The notes below the pieces were generated by a model that saw nothing but the letters and a program-made list of their open reading frames with translations, ran no database searches and was not told where the DNA came from. This document shows positions 16,631 to 20,990 of a DNA stretch of 20,990 nucleotides, one piece after another (position 1 is the stretch's first letter; every line of letters starts with the position of its first letter). The position numbers and the translations under genes were made by a program. Origin of the DNA: a virus (lineage: Duplodnaviria; Heunggongvirae; Uroviricota; Caudoviricetes). The stretch is from IMG/VR virus record IMGVR_UViG_2939121850_000005. One strand, 5' to 3'.

Positions 16631-17566
16631 ATGTCAACACATGAAATCACATTTCGCCATGTGGACGAAAAAAAGAAATCCTTAATCATGCAGAATCGCG
16701 GAGGGCAATCGGTTATAGATCGGATACTGAAAGCCTATGGTTTTTCTTCCCGACAAGCATTCTGTAATCACCTAGGTATATCGCAAAGTACAATGGCGAA
16801 CAGGTATGCCCGTGACACTTTCCCTGCTGATTGGGTTGTTATCTGTAGCATGGAGACTGGAGTGCCGGTCGAGTGGTTGGCATTTGGCACTGATACCGAG
16901 AAGGGAAGCATTACAAATAATGCAGAAAAAAGTCACAACAATTGTGACAGCAAGCATCAACATCTCAATAGAGAACAAGACATCCAAAATGAGAACTCTT
17001 TTACTATTAACCAAGGTGGAAAAGCAGCAATAGAGCGAATCGTTTTGGCTTATGGATTTAAGACAAGACAAGCTTTAGCTGATCATATTGGTGTATCAAA
17101 AAGTACATTAGCCAATCGTTACATGAGAGATACCTTTCCTGCTGACTGGATTATTCAATGCTCACTGGAAACCGGTGCTTCATTAACATGGCTAACCACT
17201 GGTAACGGGGCAATGTTTGAAAAGCCTCGAAACGATACTATCACTATCCCATATCATAAAATAATTGATGGATCTCTTGCTCAAGAAACCTTCTTGACTT
17301 TTGACTCTAAGTTGTTAGAAGGAACCTTTCTGCAACCTTTAGCAGTATTCATTGATGAGGAAATATATATTGTAGAATCAAAATTTAATGAAGTTACTGA
17401 TGGCAAGTGGCTTGTGAATATTGAAGGGAAAATAAGTATCAAAGATTTGACTCGCATACCCGTTGGTATGGTTAAAGTTGTAGGCACTAACGCAAGTTTT
17501 GAATGCTTACTTACTGACATTATCGTTTTGGCAAAATGTAAAAGAGTTTTTACTAAAAATGTATAA
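16631..17566 (+). CDS. CI-like repressor with tandemly duplicated HTH domain (186 CI-type)
   Basis: 311 aa; two about 64-aa repeats (aa 24-87 and 129-192, about 60% identical) each with an HTH-like core (ILKAYGFSSRQAFCNHLGISQSTMANRY / IVLAYGFKTRQALADHIGVSKSTLANRY); about 37% GC; start codon uncertain (no clear SD). Confidence 0.6.
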   Translation: MSTHEITFRHVDEKKKSLIMQNRGGQSVIDRILKAYGFSSRQAFCNHLGISQSTMANRYARDTFPADWVVICSMETGVPVEWLAFGTDTEKGSITNNAEKSHNNCDSKHQHLNREQDIQNENSFTINQGGKAAIERIVLAYGFKTRQALADHIGVSKSTLANRYMRDTFPADWIIQCSLETGASLTWLTTGNGAMFEKPRNDTITIPYHKIIDGSLAQETFLTFDSKLLEGTFLQPLAVFIDEEIYIVESKFNEVTDGKWLVNIEGKISIKDLTRIPVGMVKVVGTNASFECLLTDIIVLAKCKRVFTKNV

Positions 17567-17577
17567 AGAGAAACATC

Positions 17578-18522
17578 ATGACTGAACCAACCAATAAAGA
17601 TAGCGAAATAAAAAAACACCTATTAGAATTTCTTGATTCACAGTCTGAAAATATAGCAAAACACTTCTACTCTCATATAAAAGACTTAATAGAAGCAGGA
17701 GAGCTTTCTGAAGCTCATAATAACCTAGCGCTAATTGAAAAATACATAACTAGGCCACCGATGGATGAAGAACCCAATATAAATGAAAATAAAGCCAATA
17801 AAAGAAAAAATGTAAAATCACTTGAACCTAATAATTATGTAGAACATATAATACAATTAGAAGAACGAAACAGCATATTAACTCTACAGTTAGAGCATTA
17901 TACTCAGGATCTTAATAGAAAAAACGCAATAATCGAAAACAACGTAAAACAAATTAATTCATTGATTAGTGAAAATAAGGAACTCCGTAGCCAAGTACAG
18001 CAACAAAGAATCGATGATAAAATCCCCACCTATGTTAACGATGTTAAATCAGATCTTGGTAGTGATGACAAACATTTTATATTGATGTCTATTATCTGGT
18101 CTATTGCAGGGGTATTTTTTGGCTTCCTTGCAGTAGTATCTGCTTTTTTTACATTATACATGAACTTAGATTTAAAAAATCTCACTAACCTTCAGTTAAT
18201 ATATATCTTCACGCGAGGATTAGTTGGAATCGCCATTCTTTCATGGCTATCATATATCTGCCTTAGTAACTCAAAAAAGTACACACATGAATCGATCAGG
18301 CGAAAAGATCGTCGACATGCTTTGATGTTTGGTCAAGTTTTTTTGCAGATATACGGTTCTACAGCAACTAAAGAGGATGCAATAGAAGTCTTTAAGGATT
18401 GGAATATTTCAGGTGACTCTGCATTTTCAGGTCAGACAGAGCAACCACCGAGTTTTGCGTCATTTTTGAATACAATCAAAGACAAAGTTAAAGTAACTGG
18501 AAGTGATAAAGAAACAGATTAA
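17578..18522 (+). CDS. Coiled-coil / two-TM membrane protein of unknown function (candidate exclusion or abortive-infection moron)
   Basis: 314 aa starting 11 nt after the CI-like stop; charged coiled-coil N-terminal half and two hydrophobic helices (FILMSIIWSIAGVFFGFLAVVSAFF, GLVGIAILSWLSYICL); strongly AT-rich. Confidence 0.6.
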   Translation: MTEPTNKDSEIKKHLLEFLDSQSENIAKHFYSHIKDLIEAGELSEAHNNLALIEKYITRPPMDEEPNINENKANKRKNVKSLEPNNYVEHIIQLEERNSILTLQLEHYTQDLNRKNAIIENNVKQINSLISENKELRSQVQQQRIDDKIPTYVNDVKSDLGSDDKHFILMSIIWSIAGVFFGFLAVVSAFFTLYMNLDLKNLTNLQLIYIFTRGLVGIAILSWLSYICLSNSKKYTHESIRRKDRRHALMFGQVFLQIYGSTATKEDAIEVFKDWNISGDSAFSGQTEQPPSFASFLNTIKDKVKVTGSDKETD

Positions 18523-18567
18523 TCATGAACATGTATGCTACTAAGTAAAAAATACATTGAATACTGT

Positions 18568-18575
18568 TGTTATAT
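18568..18575. repeat. 8-bp target-site duplication TGTTATAT (left copy)
   Basis: Identical octamer immediately flanks both IS ends. Confidence 0.6.
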
Positions 18576-19891
18576 GGGTCTTCCCTTGTTGTGGTGGCTG
18601 AAGGCATGATAATGGTGTATTTAATCGCCAGAGGTCACCGCCATGGACGAAAAGTCCCTCTACGCTCATATTCTCAACCTGTCCGATCCGTGGCAGGTAA
18701 AGTCCCTTTCTCTCGATGAAAATGCCGGTTCTGTTACTGTCACTATTGAGATCGCTGAAAACACCCGGCTAGCCTGTCCGACCTGCGGTAAATCCTGTTC
18801 TGTTCACGATCACCGTCATCGTAAATGGCGCCATCTTGATACCTGCCAGTTCACCACTATTGTTGAAGCCGATGTTCCACGAATTATGTGTCCGGAGCAT
18901 GGCTGCCTGACGTTGCCTGTTCCGTGGGCTGGCCCCGGAAGCCGGTATACGTTGCTATTCGAATCGTTCGTTCTCTCATGGCTGAAAATCAGCACCGTTG
19001 ATGCTGTCAGGAAGCAACTTAAGCTCAGTTGGAATGCGGTTGACGGCATTATGACCCGGGCAGTTAAGCGAGGTCTTGCCCGGATAAAAAAGCCATTATC
19101 CGCCCGTCATATGAATGTGGATGAGGTCGCCTTTAAAAAAGGACATCGTTACATAACGGTGATCTCCGATCGCGATGGTCGGGCGCTGGCCTTAACGGAT
19201 GATCGCGGCACAGAGAGTCTTGCCGGCTATCTTCGCACGCTCACTGATGGGCAGTTGCTGGCTATCAAAACGCTCTCAATGGACATGAACGCGGGCTATA
19301 TAAGAGCAGCGCGTATCTACTTACCCAGTGCGGTTGAGAAAATCGCCTTTGACCGCTTCCATGTGGCGAAGCAACTGGGCGAGGTAGTTGATAAAACCCG
19401 TCAGAATGAACATCCGCACCTCCCTGTTGAAAGCCGACACCAGGCAAAAGGAACCCGCTTCCTGTGGCAGTACAGCGATAAGTGGATGACCGAATCCCGG
19501 CAGGAAAAGCTGATGTGGCTGCGTGCACAGATGAAGCTGACGAGCCAGTGCTGGGCGCTGAAAGAGCTGGCAAAGGATATCTGGAACAGGCCATGGAGCG
19601 AGGAAAGACGGAGTGACTGGCAGAGATGGTTGGCGCTGGCGGCTAACAGTGACGTTCCCATGATGAAAAATGCCGCGAAAACGATAGGAAAAAGGCTGTA
19701 CGGGATCCTGAATGCGATGCGACACAGTGTCTCAAACGGAAATGCGGAGGCACTTAACAGCAAGATCAGGCTGCTGAGGATAAAAGCCAGGGGATACCGA
19801 AACCGGGAGCGCTTTAAACTGGGGGTGATGTTCCACTACGGAAAGCTGAATATGGCGTTCTGAGCCTTCCCACCATGATCGGGGAAGACCC
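18576..19891 (+). mobile_element. ISL3-family insertion sequence (1316 bp)
   Basis: Imperfect terminal inverted repeats beginning GGGTCTTCCC at both ends (left 18576..18604; right 19864..19891, reverse complement); one transposase ORF; flanked by an 8-bp direct repeat. Confidence 0.75.
18643..19863 (+). CDS. ISL3-family transposase
   Basis: 406 aa; N-terminal Cys/His zinc-finger (CPTCGKSC...CPEHGC), DDE-type core, C-terminal SNGNAEALNSKIRLLRIKARGYRNRERF typical of ISL3 transposases; GAGGT RBS. Confidence 0.75.
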   Translation: MDEKSLYAHILNLSDPWQVKSLSLDENAGSVTVTIEIAENTRLACPTCGKSCSVHDHRHRKWRHLDTCQFTTIVEADVPRIMCPEHGCLTLPVPWAGPGSRYTLLFESFVLSWLKISTVDAVRKQLKLSWNAVDGIMTRAVKRGLARIKKPLSARHMNVDEVAFKKGHRYITVISDRDGRALALTDDRGTESLAGYLRTLTDGQLLAIKTLSMDMNAGYIRAARIYLPSAVEKIAFDRFHVAKQLGEVVDKTRQNEHPHLPVESRHQAKGTRFLWQYSDKWMTESRQEKLMWLRAQMKLTSQCWALKELAKDIWNRPWSEERRSDWQRWLALAANSDVPMMKNAAKTIGKRLYGILNAMRHSVSNGNAEALNSKIRLLRIKARGYRNRERFKLGVMFHYGKLNMAF

Positions 19892-19899
19892 TGTTATAT
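19892..19899. repeat. 8-bp target-site duplication TGTTATAT (right copy)
   Basis: Identical to 18568..18575, directly abutting the right IS end. Confidence 0.6.
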
Positions 19900-19937
19900 A
19901 CAGTTAAATTTAGCCCTCTGATATGAGGGCATTTTTT

Positions 19938-20990
19938 ATGGCAGTACGAAAACTCACCACAGGAAAATGGCTTTGCGAATGTTACCCCGCCGGACGTAGC
20001 GGACGCCGTGTGCGTAAACAATTCGCCACCAAAGGCGAAGCACTGGCCTTCGAGCGATACACCATGGGGGAAATAGAAGCAAAACCCTGGCTGGGCGAAT
20101 CAGTGGATCGTCGGACACTGAAAGATATGGTTGAGCTATGGTTCAAATTACATGGCAAATCTCTTACTGCCGGACAGCATGTCTACAACAAGCTGCTGTT
20201 GATGGTTGACGCCTTGGGAAATCCCCTTGCAACTGATCTCACCTCAAAAATGTTTGCTCACTATCGAGATAAACGCCTGACAGGCGAGATCTACTTCAGC
20301 GAGAAATGGAAGAAAGGAGCAAGCCCGGTCACCATTAACCTGGAGCAAAGCTATCTAAGTAGTGTTTTTAGCGAACTATCCCGTCTGGGCGAATGGTCGT
20401 ATCCGAACCCACTGGAGAACATGCGAAAATTCACCATCGCAGAAAAAGAGATGGCATGGCTTACCCATGAGCAGATTGTTGAATTGCTGGCTGATTGCAA
20501 ACGTCAGGACCCAATTCTGGCACTGGTAGTTAAGATATGCTTAAGCACAGGCGCACGCTGGCGTGAAGCCGTAAATCTTACCCGCTCACAGGTGACCAAA
20601 TACCGAATTACCTTTGTCAGAACGAAGGGGAAGAAAAACAGAAGCATCCCTATCAGTAAAGAGCTTTACGAAGAGATCATGGCGCTCGATGGGTTCAATT
20701 TCTTCACAGACTGCTATTTTCAATTTTTATCCGTGATGGAAAAAACGTCTATCGTGCTCCCTCGCGGTCAACTCACACACGTTCTGCGCCATACGTTTGC
20801 AGCGCACTTCATGATGTCGGGTGGAAACATTCTGGCCTTACAAAAAATTCTCGGACACCACGATATAAAAATGACTATGCGTTACGCACATCTGGCACCG
20901 GATCATCTGGAAACGGCGCTCCGTTTCAATCCTCTGGCAACGCTGCCAAGTGGCGACAAAGTGGCGGCAGCGGTTGGCATTACCCCGTAA
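19938..20990 (+). CDS. int: Tyrosine integrase (P2 Int family)
   Basis: 350 aa from MAVRKLTTGKW (second in-frame ATG, GAGGG upstream); catalytic region with R...HxxR...Y (ARWREA, HVLRHTFA, RYAHL); stop is the last codon of the window. Confidence 0.85.
   Translation: MAVRKLTTGKWLCECYPAGRSGRRVRKQFATKGEALAFERYTMGEIEAKPWLGESVDRRTLKDMVELWFKLHGKSLTAGQHVYNKLLLMVDALGNPLATDLTSKMFAHYRDKRLTGEIYFSEKWKKGASPVTINLEQSYLSSVFSELSRLGEWSYPNPLENMRKFTIAEKEMAWLTHEQIVELLADCKRQDPILALVVKICLSTGARWREAVNLTRSQVTKYRITFVRTKGKKNRSIPISKELYEEIMALDGFNFFTDCYFQFLSVMEKTSIVLPRGQLTHVLRHTFAAHFMMSGGNILALQKILGHHDIKMTMRYAHLAPDHLETALRFNPLATLPSGDKVAAAVGITP

Larger units (their letters stand above)
2776..20990. mobile_element. Defective P2/186-family prophage (internally deleted; int reaches the window end, attL lies outside)
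   Basis: Contiguous ogr, P, Q, A, dam, traR-like, CII-like, Apl/Cox-like, CI-like and int genes in the orientation expected for an integrated P2-like genome; capsid, tail and lysis genes are absent. Confidence 0.8.

Noticed and set aside
19923-19937. Upstream ATG as the integrase start (MRAFFMAVRK...)
   Set aside because: The first ATG lies inside a hairpin and lacks a ribosome-binding site; the second ATG gives an N-terminus of the MAxxKL type I recall for P2 Int and has GAGGG upstream.
1-20990. CRISPR array, tRNA or rRNA genes
   Set aside because: No regularly spaced direct repeats and no tRNA- or rRNA-like sequences were seen anywhere in the window.

Overview
The window is an enterobacterial (E. 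coli-like) chromosomal segment, grxA-ybjM-ybjL (1..2620), followed by a defective P2/186-family prophage that runs to the window end (about 2776..20990). No database search was possible; all calls rest on ORF length, motifs read in the translations, gene order and base composition. The prophage keeps ogr, terminase ATPase P, portal Q, replication gene A, dam, a TraR-like protein, a CII/Apl/CI-like switch region and int, but has lost every capsid, tail and lysis gene (ogr now sits about 180 bp from P). Two places look like accessory cargo. (1) An AT-rich island (about 5640..11100) sits between portal Q and replication gene A, which is the known P2-family anti-phage hotspot. It carries a 551-aa KAP-family P-loop NTPase and an 883-aa protein combining a restriction-endonuclease-like PD-(D/E)xK motif, a P-loop NTPase and a C-terminal S1/OB domain. 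I cannot assign either to a named defence system, so they are the main candidate for an undescribed system. A perfect LexA box and a short ORF lie just upstream. (2) The CI-like repressor has an internally duplicated HTH domain and is followed by an AT-rich coiled-coil/2-TM membrane protein in a rexAB-like position; an ISL3-family IS with an 8-bp target duplication then separates it from int. No tRNA, rRNA or CRISPR array was found.
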